Source of the DNA: Microcoleus sp.
Lineage (GTDB): Bacteria; Cyanobacteriota; Cyanobacteriia; Cyanobacteriales; Microcoleaceae
Length of the DNA: 64,000 bases
Reading direction: 5' to 3'
Assembly: GCA_052279835.1 (NCBI GenBank)
Contig: CP181291.1
Span: 2,496,001 to 2,560,000 of the forward strand
Within the stretch, counting starts at the first letter, position 1. Each line of letters opens with the position of its first letter. The position numbers and the translations under genes are program-made. Positions 30,125 to 40,312 of the stretch are shown here, piece by piece. The notes beneath the pieces are model-generated. The model was not told the DNA's origin. It made no database searches and saw nothing but the letters and a program-made list of their open reading frames with translations.

Positions 30125-30802
30125 ATGAAAGAAACTTCTTTAAATATTATCGCTATTTCTATATTTGCCATCACTGTTTCAATCTTATTAGGACCCCTAT
30201 TCAATTTGCCAGAGGCCGTACCGGCGATCGCCACTTTTTGTCTTTTGGGCCTCGCCACCTTAGACACTTTCCAGTGGCAAGGTCAAGGTGGGACAATTTT
30301 ATTAGACTTGCTAGCGGGCACTTCCAAACAAAGGCGCGATCGCATCCTCCATCACGAAGCCGGACACTTCCTAGTCGCCCACCTATTGGGAATTCCCGTC
30401 ACCGGCTACGCCCTCAACGCTTGGGAAGCATTTAAACAAGGTCAATCCGCCCAAGGAGGCGTTCGATTTGAAGACGAACAATTAGCCTTACAACTGCAAA
30501 ATGGCACACTTTCCGCCCAACTTCTAGACCGATACTGCACCGTTTGGATGGCGGGAATAGTCGCTGAAAATTTTGTCTATGGCACTGCCGAAGGCGGAGC
30601 AGAAGACCGCACTAAAATCAATGCAATTTTAACACAACTCCGGCGTCCAAGTTCCGAAATTCAACTCAAGCAAAACTGGGGTTCTCTCCAAGCCAAAAAT
30701 CTCATCGAAAGCCATAAATTAGCCTACGAATCTCTAGTTACAGCCATGGAAAAAAGAGCCACTATAGATGAATGTTATAGAATTATACAGGAAAATTTGT
30801 AA
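30125..30802 (+). CDS. Membrane-anchored M41-like Zn protease domain protein without ATPase domain
   Basis: Two N-terminal TM segments, HHEAGHFLVA, MAGIVAE. Confidence 0.78.
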   Translation: MKETSLNIIAISIFAITVSILLGPLFNLPEAVPAIATFCLLGLATLDTFQWQGQGGTILLDLLAGTSKQRRDRILHHEAGHFLVAHLLGIPVTGYALNAWEAFKQGQSAQGGVRFEDEQLALQLQNGTLSAQLLDRYCTVWMAGIVAENFVYGTAEGGAEDRTKINAILTQLRRPSSEIQLKQNWGSLQAKNLIESHKLAYESLVTAMEKRATIDECYRIIQENL

Positions 30803-31002
30803 TCTTTCGGCCACACCGTTAAACTCGGTCACAAAAAAAGCAACCTTTACAGGCTGCTTAGAGAAAAAAACCGTTGTTCAGTCACAGGAGAAAACTTTCA
30901 ATCGAATTCAAATTACCGCTGCTGGAGTTACCGCCTATTTTCACCGTCATTGGGATCTAACGTTGAGTTACTTTGCATTCCGAACAAAACTGTCAATCCC
31001 GA

Positions 31003-31218
31003 TCAGAATGCTGCTGAAAATTCGTTGACGATTTTGACTTTGCCTTTTCTGACAGCCCGTAGCAAGCGGTTGACACAGCCTCTCTCATCCTCATTCAGAG
31101 ACTCGTCAAAGCTGGCAGCCATCAAACCGTAGCGATCGGCTAGAGTCAAAACACCTGTGTCGCTTACAGAAGCGAGGATTTCAGAGATAGCGCCGGGGAG
31201 GAGTTGTACGGGATTCAT
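31003..31218 (-). CDS. Small conserved hypothetical protein (71 aa)
   Basis: LTLADRYGLMAA...EDERGCVNRLLRAVRKG; resembles a cyanobacterial small-protein family (recalled, not searched). Confidence 0.7.
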   Translation of the reverse strand: MNPVQLLPGAISEILASVSDTGVLTLADRYGLMAASFDESLNEDERGCVNRLLRAVRKGKVKIVNEFSAAF

Positions 31219-31340
31219 GGCAGTAAGATTGAATTCGATATATACATCATCTCCGTATTTTCCGAAAACAGCGGTGACGTTGATAAGGATAGGAAGGTGA
31301 TTATTTAGGGTGCCGACAAGTGATCCAAATAGAGTTTATT

Positions 31341-31356
31341 TGTGACTTGAGTCACA
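31341..31356. promoter_or_regulatory. CRP-type box TGTGA-N6-TCACA
   Basis: Exact TGTGACTTGAGTCACA in the divergent region between the 71-aa gene and grxC. Confidence 0.65.
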
Positions 31357-31481
31357 GTATCACCGATAGTGGCGGGTAATTTCACATCACCCTCAACTTT
31401 GGGTAGGACTTCGGAATGACGGCGTTTAGTAAAATAATGGTTAATCCCTCAAACAGTTCAACTTTTACCCCGGTACTCAAA

Positions 31482-31796
31482 ATGCTTGACTTTCTCAATC
31501 CCATATTAGGGCGCAAACCCGATCGCATGAAAGCCAACGTGGAAATCTACACATGGCAAACCTGTCCCTATTGTATCCGCGCCAAATCCTTGCTGTGGTG
31601 GAAAGGCGTAAATTACACCGAATACAAGATTGACGGCGACGAAGCAGCTAGAAATGCCATGGCTCAACGCGCCAACGGACGCCGCAGCGTGCCCCAAATT
31701 TTCATTAATAACCAACACGTCGGCGGCTGCGATGACATTCACAAACTTGATGCCGAAGGAAAGTTAGAGCCGCTGCTAGTTCAACCAGCAGTTTAA
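31482..31796 (+). CDS. grxC: Glutaredoxin 3
   Basis: TCPYC, SVPQIFI, GGCDD; ATG at 31482 chosen. Confidence 0.92.
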   Translation: MLDFLNPILGRKPDRMKANVEIYTWQTCPYCIRAKSLLWWKGVNYTEYKIDGDEAARNAMAQRANGRRSVPQIFINNQHVGGCDDIHKLDAEGKLEPLLVQPAV

Positions 31797-31810
31797 ATAC
31801 AGTCCCTATC

Positions 31811-31877
31811 AGGTTCATAGTCAGGACTTTAGTCATTAAATTACCCAACAAAGGCATGAATGCTTGACTACGAACCT
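31811..31877. repeat. REP-like inverted repeat overlapping the menD stop
   Basis: AGGTTCATAGTCAGG...CTTGACTACGAACCT. Confidence 0.7.
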
Positions 31878-33868
31878 GGGGTAAATTTACTGAGATTATC
31901 TTGCCGCCATTTAGCATCTGTGCGTCTATTGGTTGCCAATTCTAAGACCCGAATCCCCTTATTTGGCAAAAAAATTAATTTTGCTTGGAACAGTTCCCAA
32001 TCGTCAATTATCTCGTGTTCCACACCATAGGTTGCACACAACTTAGCAAAGTTGATATCTTGCGGGGTGGCAAAAAACTCTTCAAAGGGTGGCTCGAATT
32101 TAGCAACGGGCAACATTTCAAAAATCCCACCGCCCTTGTTATTAATTAAAATAATTGTCAAATGACCGACCAATTTATTTTTAATTAAAAAACCGTTGGT
32201 ATCGTGCAAAAGTGCTAAATCTCCTGTTAACATTATACAGCTTTGATTGCGGTGAGCGATTCCCAAAGCTGTTGATAATGTCCCGTCTATGCCATTAGCA
32301 CCGCGATTGAAAAAAGGTTGGATTTCTAAGTTATTTGGCTTCCAGAAAAACTCTACATCTCTGACTGGCATACTGTTGGCAATAAATATCGGTGTGCCTG
32401 CTGGTAATATTTGGGAAAGCAGCCAGGAAACTTTGGGTTCAATTATGTTTTGAATTGCTGATATTTTTTGGTCTATTGCTTGTCTGACTTGGGTTTCGGT
32501 GTTGTGCCAAAGTTGGAGGTATTCGTTTGATTCAGAGGTGAGAACCCCCCCTAACCCCCCCTTGGTAAGGGGGGGGACTTGAGTTGATTGGGTATTGGTA
32601 AGGGGGGGGACTTGAGTTGATTGGGTATTGGTAAGGGGGGGGACTTGAGTTGATTGGGTATTGGTAAGGGGGGGGACTTGAGGGGAGACAACTGTTGCGA
32701 GATTTTCTGGGGAGATTCGCAGGTGAATGGTTCTGCCGTGTAGGGGATCGAAGTTGTGGTGGCTGGGGTCGATTATATAGCGTTTGGGTTGCGTTTTATC
32801 TAACCAGTTTCGCAGTTCTTTACTTGTGGGTAAGTCTCCGATTTGAATGGCTATTTCTGGGGTTAATTTATCTGCTAGTTCGCCGTTTCTCAGGATTAAA
32901 TCATAGGTGGAAATGAGATGGGGGTTGAGTTGAGCGTAGTTTCTGAGTGGGGATAGTCCTTCTGCTAAAACAGGCCAGTTTAAGGCTTGGGAAATTTGGG
33001 CGATCGCCCTACAATACTGTTCGGGAAATTGAGGCTGTGCAACTCCCGCAATAATTATCCCTCTGCTGCACTTTTGCCATTGTTTTATAGCACTTCCTAC
33101 TCCCCCTTTTAACAAGGGGTGGCTGGGTTCTATGCCACTTCCTACTCCCCCTTTTAACAAGGGGTGGCTGGGTTCTATTGCACTTCCTCTTCCTACTCCC
33201 CCCCTTAGCAAGGGGGGGCTGGGGGGGGTAGAAATTTCTCCTGCAACAATCGGTTCTAATCCTGCAAAGAAATCCTCCATATCAAATTGTGTTTCTAAAG
33301 CTTCTACAGCTATATCTGGAACGGGTACAAGGGGGTCACGAAAGGGGGTGTTGAGGTGAACGGGGCCTGGAGTTGGAAATTGTGTCCGCTCCCAAGCATA
33401 GGCGATCGTCTGTCGCAAATAGCCTAACATTCCTAGGGACGTGGCAGGCATGGCTAATTCCGCTTGCCAGTTGGGATAGTTGCCGTAGATTTTCACTTGG
33501 TCGATCGCCTGTCCAGCATGGCAATCCCGCAGTTCGGGAGGTCGATCGGCTGTGAATATTAGCAGCGGAATTCGACTTTCTCTGGCTTCTATGATAGCAG
33601 GATAAAAGTTGGCGGCGGCGGTTCCAGATGTGCAAATGAGTGCGACGGGTAAACCAGATTTTTTGGCAATTCCTAATGCAAAAAAGCTGGCTGAACGTTC
33701 GTCGAGTACGGGAATACTTTCTATATTGTTATTTTGGGCAAAGGCGATTGTTAATTGTGCCGATCGCGAACCGGGACAAATGACAGCGGTAGTTAATCCC
33801 AGGCGCTGCAAAGTTTCTGCTAATATTGAAGACCAGAGAGTGTTTGTATTGCGAAAATCTATTGGCAT
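31868..33868 (-). CDS. menD: SEPHCHC synthase MenD with two in-frame repeat-derived inserts
   Basis: CPGSRS, DERSASFFALG, CTSGTA, TADRP, NRGANGIDG, GDLALLHD. Start MPIDFRN at 33868; the ORF-track extension runs into a MITE. Confidence 0.95.
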   Translation of the reverse strand: MPIDFRNTNTLWSSILAETLQRLGLTTAVICPGSRSAQLTIAFAQNNNIESIPVLDERSASFFALGIAKKSGLPVALICTSGTAAANFYPAIIEARESRIPLLIFTADRPPELRDCHAGQAIDQVKIYGNYPNWQAELAMPATSLGMLGYLRQTIAYAWERTQFPTPGPVHLNTPFRDPLVPVPDIAVEALETQFDMEDFFAGLEPIVAGEISTPPSPPLLRGGVGRGSAIEPSHPLLKGGVGSGIEPSHPLLKGGVGSAIKQWQKCSRGIIIAGVAQPQFPEQYCRAIAQISQALNWPVLAEGLSPLRNYAQLNPHLISTYDLILRNGELADKLTPEIAIQIGDLPTSKELRNWLDKTQPKRYIIDPSHHNFDPLHGRTIHLRISPENLATVVSPQVPPLTNTQSTQVPPLTNTQSTQVPPLTNTQSTQVPPLTKGGLGGVLTSESNEYLQLWHNTETQVRQAIDQKISAIQNIIEPKVSWLLSQILPAGTPIFIANSMPVRDVEFFWKPNNLEIQPFFNRGANGIDGTLSTALGIAHRNQSCIMLTGDLALLHDTNGFLIKNKLVGHLTIILINNKGGGIFEMLPVAKFEPPFEEFFATPQDINFAKLCATYGVEHEIIDDWELFQAKLIFLPNKGIRVLELATNRRTDAKWRQDNLSKFTPGS

Positions 33869-33964
33869 TGCTAAATTTGAGTAGCTCAAGTCTGTATTGT
33901 GCTCAGATATTATACCCAAATAATTATCAGAATACATTTTTATGATTCTTGACGCGGTTATGCT

Positions 33965-34136
33965 TATATGGTTGCATCGGAATGATTTAACCGCAGAGAA
34001 CACAGAGGACACAGAGGGAGAAAATAGAGATTTTAATAATTCAGATGCTACCGACGCGTTCTACCCTACGGGAACGGCGAAGCCGTTCGCGCCTTCGCGG
34101 TTAAATCACCTGACGGTACAACCGGAATTGAGATTA
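33965..34136. mobile_element. Degenerate/composite copy of the same MITE family between menF and menD
   Basis: GGTTGCATCGGAATGATTTAACCGC...GCGGTTAAATCA...CAACCGGAATTGAGATTA. Confidence 0.6.
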
Positions 34137-35618
34137 AACCAAAGCATTTAAAAGCGGTTGTAATTTGAGCTGAATTTCTGCTAGTTCTTTTTCCGGTTCC
34201 GAACCGGCCACAATACCGGCACCAGCATAGAGTATAGCCCGATCGCCGTCGATTAATGCCGATCGAATGCCGACTGCGAATTCGCCATTACCACGGGCAT
34301 CTATCCAGCCTATGGGTGCGGCGTACAAAGAGCGATCGCAGGTTTCGCAGCGACGAATTTGTTCTAGGGCTATATCTCTCGGTACACCGGCTACCGCTGG
34401 GGTTGGATGCAGTTGGGCTAAAATATTTAATAAATGAATATCAGGCGGAATTTGAGCGGTGATGGGTGTCCACAAATGCTGAATGTTTGATAGCTGTAGC
34501 AGTCTTGGTACTGGGGAACAATTGGGACTTATGCCAAGTTGCGACAGGCGATCGACTATAAAATCAATCACCACTCGATGTTCTCTAATATCTTTTTCAC
34601 TATGCAATAAACCTTTGGCTAAATTCCCATCTTCTGCTTCTGTTTTTCCCCTGGGCGCTGAACCAGCTAAAGCATCTGTTGATAACTGATTATTGTGAAT
34701 GCTAATTAAGCGTTCTGGACTGGCTCCAATAAAATTTTGACCTTGACCGTTACTGGTTAAAAATACATAGCAACCTGGATAACTGAGGCGTAAGTTATTC
34801 AAGGAATCGATCGCACTAAAACTGGTTTCCGAAATCACATTGATGGCTTGGGATAAAACAATTTTGCTAAAATATTTAGACTCGATCAATTCTAACGCAG
34901 ATTTAACAGATGTTTTAAATTGATTAGCATCATTCACTGGTATTTGTTTGAAAGCTATGGAGTTATGGATATAATTAGTTAATTTACGGTAGGGGCGAGA
35001 TGCAATTTTTTCAAAAGTTTGCCAAATGTTTTCCGCTATTTTTTTTACATTTATCTCTTTTTCTACCAGGGCATTGGCGACGATAATACAGCTATCTTGT
35101 TGTCTAGAAATCTGCCATTTTGGTAAAAATATGGTAGCGGGTGGAAAGTAAGAATTAGAGGCAAGGTTCTCATCAAAAAAAGCAAAACTGCAAAAAAAGT
35201 GAGGCCCGCTGAAGGGCAAGCGTTCTGTACCAATGGTAATTGTACTGGCAAGTGTTGAACGAATAAAGTTTTGCGCCGCAGCAAATCGATCGCTTCCTGC
35301 TACTGTGAGATGGATGGCCGAATCTAGGGCGGCAATAGCAAAACTTTTGTCGGGAAGGGAGTTTCTTTTTTCAAAGTAAAACTGCCGCTGACAAGGTTCG
35401 GAAATCTCTTGCAGTACAGCTAGCGGATCGAGATGGTAAATCTCCTGAGAAATACTAACTATTTTGGTTTGATATTTGTCAGTTAAAGACTGCTGACAAT
35501 CTAACAGCAACTGATGCAGTTGATTGCGGTCTTGCAAAAGATTAGCGCGGTGCGGTATTACTGTCATGAAATCGAGAATAACAGATTTGTCAGCAAGAGT
35601 GCGGGTTTGTCCCGCCAT
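34134..35618 (-). CDS. menF: Isochorismate synthase
   Basis: FIGASPERL, ALAGS, KDIREH, LHPTPAVAG, YAGAGIV; start could be at 35567. Confidence 0.93.
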   Translation of the reverse strand: MAGQTRTLADKSVILDFMTVIPHRANLLQDRNQLHQLLLDCQQSLTDKYQTKIVSISQEIYHLDPLAVLQEISEPCQRQFYFEKRNSLPDKSFAIAALDSAIHLTVAGSDRFAAAQNFIRSTLASTITIGTERLPFSGPHFFCSFAFFDENLASNSYFPPATIFLPKWQISRQQDSCIIVANALVEKEINVKKIAENIWQTFEKIASRPYRKLTNYIHNSIAFKQIPVNDANQFKTSVKSALELIESKYFSKIVLSQAINVISETSFSAIDSLNNLRLSYPGCYVFLTSNGQGQNFIGASPERLISIHNNQLSTDALAGSAPRGKTEAEDGNLAKGLLHSEKDIREHRVVIDFIVDRLSQLGISPNCSPVPRLLQLSNIQHLWTPITAQIPPDIHLLNILAQLHPTPAVAGVPRDIALEQIRRCETCDRSLYAAPIGWIDARGNGEFAVGIRSALIDGDRAILYAGAGIVAGSEPEKELAEIQLKLQPLLNALV

Positions 35619-35949
35619 AACCCCTAATTCGATCTAAGCACGGGAGGGCGATCGCCAAACATCACCTTTCTAGTTTCCCTCCCGGTTTCGACTCCCTAGG
35701 GCAAAAAAACAGACTCTGGGGCGATCTATCGAAACATTTAGACACAAAACTTTATAGATCGATCGCCTAACAGTCGCCAAAAGTCGATCGCCCCACAGAG
35801 GTTTACAGACGGGATACTTCCACTGTTTGAGTACCCCCACAGCCTCTGAATGGATGTCTGCACGCACTCAACCGGATACAGATTACACCTACTTAACCAA
35901 TAAAATTGTAAAATTACTAAACTGCTATCAATTGAATCAAGTTTGTATA

Positions 35950-36846
35950 ATGACAACAAAGTTAATTGAACGTCCAAATAGTAAACTGTGGCTAGCGGCA
36001 ATTAAGCCACCCATGTACAGCGTTGCCGTGATTCCTATTTCCGTAGGAACTGCAATTGCTTTTGCAGAAACTCAAAGGATTAATTGGTCAATATTTTCGA
36101 CTTTTTTAATGTCAGCCATCTTAATTATAGCATGGCTGAATCTCACTAATGATGTATTTGACTCGGAAACCGGAATCGACAAAAACAAAGCACATTCCCT
36201 CGTTAACTTAACCGGAAATAAAGCTTTGATTTTCTGGTTGGCCAATCTGTTTTTAGCTTTGGGAGTGTCTGGAATCTGTGCTATTTCTTGGTGGCAACAA
36301 GACCCAACAGTGATTTTACTCGTAATTTTGTGTTGCGCCCTTGGCTACACTTATCAAGGGCCTCCTTTTCGTTTGGGCTATCAGGGTTTAGGAGAATTTA
36401 TCTGCTTTTTCACCTTCGGTCCCCTAGCTTTAGCTGCTGCTTATTACAGTCAAACTCAAAGTTGGTCAGCCACCAATTTTGGCGCTTCAGTAATCGTGGG
36501 AATTACTACGAGTATTATCTTATTTTGTTCTCACTTTCATCAAGTGGCGGATGATTTGGCTGCGGGCAAAAAATCGCCAATAGTTCGACTCGGTACAAAA
36601 AAAGGTGCCCAGGTGTTGCAGTGGTTTTGCGGGAGCATTTATGCTTTGACTGTGCTGTTTGTGCTGTTGCGAATTTTCCCAATTTGGACGCTGTTGATTT
36701 TTGGGAGTTTGTTTTTTGCGATCGACCTTTGCCGCCATGTCACAGACAATCACGATCGGCCAGCAAAAGTCAGCAACTGCAAGTTTATTGCTGTCACCCT
36801 GCATTTTGTCAGCGGTTTACTGCTGGCGTTGGGGTTTGTTTTGTAA
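35950..36846 (+). CDS. menA: DHNA phytyltransferase
   Basis: LWLAAIKPPMYSVA, NDVFDSETGID, YQGPPFRLGY, DDLAAGKKSP. Confidence 0.94.
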   Translation: MTTKLIERPNSKLWLAAIKPPMYSVAVIPISVGTAIAFAETQRINWSIFSTFLMSAILIIAWLNLTNDVFDSETGIDKNKAHSLVNLTGNKALIFWLANLFLALGVSGICAISWWQQDPTVILLVILCCALGYTYQGPPFRLGYQGLGEFICFFTFGPLALAAAYYSQTQSWSATNFGASVIVGITTSIILFCSHFHQVADDLAAGKKSPIVRLGTKKGAQVLQWFCGSIYALTVLFVLLRIFPIWTLLIFGSLFFAIDLCRHVTDNHDRPAKVSNCKFIAVTLHFVSGLLLALGFVL

Positions 36847-36882
36847 ATCGGGCGATCGCCAATTGAAGTAAAATAGAAATCT

Positions 36883-36953
36883 GGTTCGTAGTCAGGGCTT
36901 TAGTCATTTTTGCCAAATTTTAGTCAATCATGACTAAAGTCCTGACTACCAAC
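36883..36953. repeat. REP-like inverted repeat between menA and menH
   Basis: GGTTCGTAGTCAGGGCTTTAGTCA...TGACTAAAGTCCTGACTACCAAC. Confidence 0.75.
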
Positions 36954-36976
36954 AGAATTACTTCTATTAATCACAA

Positions 36977-37777
36977 ATGAAACACCTGAAAAAATATAAT
37001 TTTAACTATTCCTTAACGGGAAAACCCACACAGCAAATAATTTTATTACTCCACGGATTTACTGGTGATTTGCAAGATTTTACCCCCATCATTGCCTTAC
37101 TTTCTCCAAGTTATTACTGTCTAGCAGTTGACCTTCCCGGTCACGGAAAAACCAGCATCAGGGGCGAAGAAACTTGCTATAATATGTCAAATACAGCGCT
37201 AGCATTAATACACCTATTAGATGACTTACAAATACACAAATGTTTGTTATTAGGCTATTCAATGGGCGGGCGATTGGCGCTTTATATGACCTTACATTTT
37301 CCTGACAGATTCGAGAAAGTAGTGCTGGAGTCAGCTTCGCCGGGATTGAAGACCCAAAAAGAGCGATCGCACCGCCTAGAATCGGATTTGGAGATAGCAC
37401 AAAAACTGGAAAATAGCAACCTTAAAGAATTTTTAGACTACTGGTACGATCGCCCTTTGTTCCAATCCTTAAAAAAATCTCCTAATTTCGAGCAACTCAT
37501 CGAAACCCGTTTAGCAAATAACCCCATAGAATTAGCCAAATCCCTCCGCAACATGGGAACCGGCAACCAGCCCTCTCTCTGGGAAAAACTAGCACAAAAT
37601 CAAATTCCTCTCCTCTTGCTCGCGGGAGAATACGATGATAAATTTCAAAGGATTAATGCAGAAATTGCCAGTTTATGTCCCGCAGCCCATAACAAAATTG
37701 TATCCAAAGCTGGTCACAACATCCATTTTGAAAATATCGATGAATTTGTCGGCGCTGTGAGACAATTTTATGATTGA
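36977..37777 (+). CDS. menH: SHCHC synthase
   Basis: LHGFTG, DLPGHG, GYSMGGR, GHNIHFEN; within the men cluster. Confidence 0.9.
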   Translation: MKHLKKYNFNYSLTGKPTQQIILLLHGFTGDLQDFTPIIALLSPSYYCLAVDLPGHGKTSIRGEETCYNMSNTALALIHLLDDLQIHKCLLLGYSMGGRLALYMTLHFPDRFEKVVLESASPGLKTQKERSHRLESDLEIAQKLENSNLKEFLDYWYDRPLFQSLKKSPNFEQLIETRLANNPIELAKSLRNMGTGNQPSLWEKLAQNQIPLLLLAGEYDDKFQRINAEIASLCPAAHNKIVSKAGHNIHFENIDEFVGAVRQFYD

Positions 37778-37853
37778 CAAAACTTACGCTAAACCTCTGT
37801 GTAATTCTGAGTGAAGCGCGCAATCTCAGTGCTAATTATTCCCTATTCAGTAA

Positions 37854-38837
37854 ATGTTATATCAATTTCAATTTCAGACTTATCATCGAAAATTTAAGCG
37901 TCCATTACAAACAAGTCACGGTGTTTGGGATATTCGAGCGGGAATTATCCTGAAACTTACGGACGAAAAAGGTCAAATTGGTTGGGGAGAAATTGCCCCT
38001 TTGAGCTGGTTTGGTTCCGAAACTTTTGACCAAGCTTTAGATTTTTGCACATCGTTACCAACTAATATTTCAAAAGAAACTATTTTCGCTATTTCCAGTG
38101 AATTGCCTGCTTGTCAATTTGGCTTTGAGTCAGCACTATCTAACTCGTGTTCAGGCTCTGCATCCATTCTACACGAGGCAGAAAATAGTCGGTACAGTGG
38201 TTTATTGCCCGCTGGAAAAACAGCTTTATCAGCTTTACCAACGCTTTGGGAACAGGGATTTAGGACGTTTAAATGGAAAATAGGTGTGGCTGCAATTGAC
38301 GAAGAATTACAGGTTTTTCAGCAGCTAATCGAGGTAATGGATGATTTGGGCGATCGCAATCCAGCATTTTTACGATTAGATGCCAACGGTGGACTCAATT
38401 ACTCCCAAGCTGAAACCTGGCTAAACACTGGCGACAATCTGTTAAAAAATCCAGACTTATCCGTAAAAATTGAATTTTTAGAACAGCCATTACCTGTATC
38501 GCAATTTGATAAAATGCTAGCATTGAGTGCTGTTTACAAAACTCCGATCGCCCTAGACGAATCAGTAGCCAATCTCGATCGCATCCAAGAATGCTACGAG
38601 GGAGGCTGGAGGGGAATCTTCGTCATCAAACCAGCCATCCTCGGTTCCCCCTCCCAACTGCGGAAATTTTGTGAAATCCACCCTATAGACGCTGTTTTTT
38701 CCTCCGTATTTGAAACCCAGATAGGCAGACAAGCAGCATTAAATTTAGCTCTAGAATTGTTTCCCAATTCTAGAGCATTAGGCTTCGGCACCGATGACTG
38801 GTTCGACGACAAATATCATTCAATCTTAGATTTTTAA
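37854..38837 (+). CDS. menC: o-succinylbenzoate synthase
   Basis: GEIAPL, FKWKIG, LRLDANGG, FLEQP, ALDES. Confidence 0.92.
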   Translation: MLYQFQFQTYHRKFKRPLQTSHGVWDIRAGIILKLTDEKGQIGWGEIAPLSWFGSETFDQALDFCTSLPTNISKETIFAISSELPACQFGFESALSNSCSGSASILHEAENSRYSGLLPAGKTALSALPTLWEQGFRTFKWKIGVAAIDEELQVFQQLIEVMDDLGDRNPAFLRLDANGGLNYSQAETWLNTGDNLLKNPDLSVKIEFLEQPLPVSQFDKMLALSAVYKTPIALDESVANLDRIQECYEGGWRGIFVIKPAILGSPSQLRKFCEIHPIDAVFSSVFETQIGRQAALNLALELFPNSRALGFGTDDWFDDKYHSILDF

Positions 38838-38881
38838 TTTGACCTGACTACTGAAAAATCAGAAAATTCCTGAAAGCATCT

Positions 38882-40312
38882 ATGGGAACAAATGTAACAG
38901 CAAATATTCTGGATATCGCATCCAGATTGCCTGAAAATTGGCTGATTGGTGGTGAGAGTCGCCAAATTAGTCAAATAGTCGATCGCCTATTTCCACAACT
39001 AACCCACAATCAACCACAGCAAACACCAAAAACAATTTTCCTAGCCGAATCAGAACCAGTACAATTTATTGCCAGTTTCATCGCCGCTTGTGCCAGCAAA
39101 TCCCACATTTTTCTGTGCAATCCCAACTGGGGAAAATCCGAATGGCAACAAGTTTTTGATTTAGTCAAACCAGACATAATTATTGGGGAAAATGCACCGC
39201 CAAACCTCACTGAAAACGGCTTCGTCACATCTCCCCTCGAAAAACAGAAAAACCCTTACCAACTACCAATTACCAACTACCAATTACCATTAATTATGAT
39301 TCCCACCGGCGGTTCATCGGGAAAAATCCGTTTTGCCATCCACACTTGGGAAACACTAACCGCATCAGTTCAAGGTTTCCAAGAATATTTTCAACTCGAT
39401 CGAATTAACTCATTCTGCGTTTTGCCCTTATATCACGTCAGCGGTTTAATGCAATTCATGCGTTGCTTTAGTACGGGAGGAAAACTAGCCATCCAGGTAT
39501 TTAAAGGACTAGAATCAGGCGAGAAATGCGATATCAAACCCGAAGAATTTTTCATTTCCCTAGTTCCAACTCAACTGCAACGCCTGCTGCAAAACCCAGA
39601 TACAACTAATTGGCTTCGACGATTTCCTACCGTACTTTTGGGCGGTGCTCCCGCTTGGCCAGAACTTTTGGCAGCCGCTAGAAAATATGAAATTAAATTA
39701 GCCCTAACCTATGGCATGACAGAAACAGCTTCGCAAATTGCCACACTCAAACCAGAAGATTTCCTAGCGGGTAATAACAGTTCTGGTCATATTTTGCCCC
39801 ACGCTCAAATAACAGTTCGTAGTGTTAAAGGCGAGATTTTGGGTGACAATCAAGTCGGAAATATTACAGTAAATGCTAAGTCTTTAGCCTTGGGTTATTA
39901 TCCTACTACCTGGGGCGGTAGCGACTATTTTTCAGTAGATGATTTGGGATTTTTTGATAATAATAAATACTTAAACATTGTGGGACGCAACAGTGATAAA
40001 ATTATTACAGGCGGAGAAAACGTATTTCCTGCCGAAGTAGAAGCCGCCATTAGGACGACTAATTTAGTTGCCGACGTGGCAGTCATTGGTGTGCTAGACA
40101 AACATTGGGGTCAAGTAGTAACGGCGATTTATGTTCCCACAAATACCACAGTTACTGTCACAGCTTTGCAAAGTGCAATAGAAGGTAAATTGAGCAAGTT
40201 TAAGCGCCCTAAATATTGGGTTTTGGCGGCACAATTACCGCGAAATTCCCAAGGAAAAATCAATCGCGAATTATTACAAGAAATGGCGATCGTGTCATAT
40301 AAAATCCGTTAG
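38882..40312 (+). CDS. menE: o-succinylbenzoate-CoA ligase
   Basis: PTGGSSG, LPLYHVSG, YGMTETASQ, IITGGENVFP, LPRNSQGK. Confidence 0.92.
   Translation: MGTNVTANILDIASRLPENWLIGGESRQISQIVDRLFPQLTHNQPQQTPKTIFLAESEPVQFIASFIAACASKSHIFLCNPNWGKSEWQQVFDLVKPDIIIGENAPPNLTENGFVTSPLEKQKNPYQLPITNYQLPLIMIPTGGSSGKIRFAIHTWETLTASVQGFQEYFQLDRINSFCVLPLYHVSGLMQFMRCFSTGGKLAIQVFKGLESGEKCDIKPEEFFISLVPTQLQRLLQNPDTTNWLRRFPTVLLGGAPAWPELLAAARKYEIKLALTYGMTETASQIATLKPEDFLAGNNSSGHILPHAQITVRSVKGEILGDNQVGNITVNAKSLALGYYPTTWGGSDYFSVDDLGFFDNNKYLNIVGRNSDKIITGGENVFPAEVEAAIRTTNLVADVAVIGVLDKHWGQVVTAIYVPTNTTVTVTALQSAIEGKLSKFKRPKYWVLAAQLPRNSQGKINRELLQEMAIVSYKIR

Noticed and set aside
32545..32680. CRISPR-like array in menD
   Set aside because: Units are identical tandem copies with no unique spacers, lie in frame in a gene, and there are no cas genes.
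33869..34012. N-terminal extension of MenD in the ORF track (likewise thioesterase, kinase-WD40, menA, grxC)
   Set aside because: The extensions run through repeats or intergenic DNA; family-typical sequence starts at downstream ATGs.
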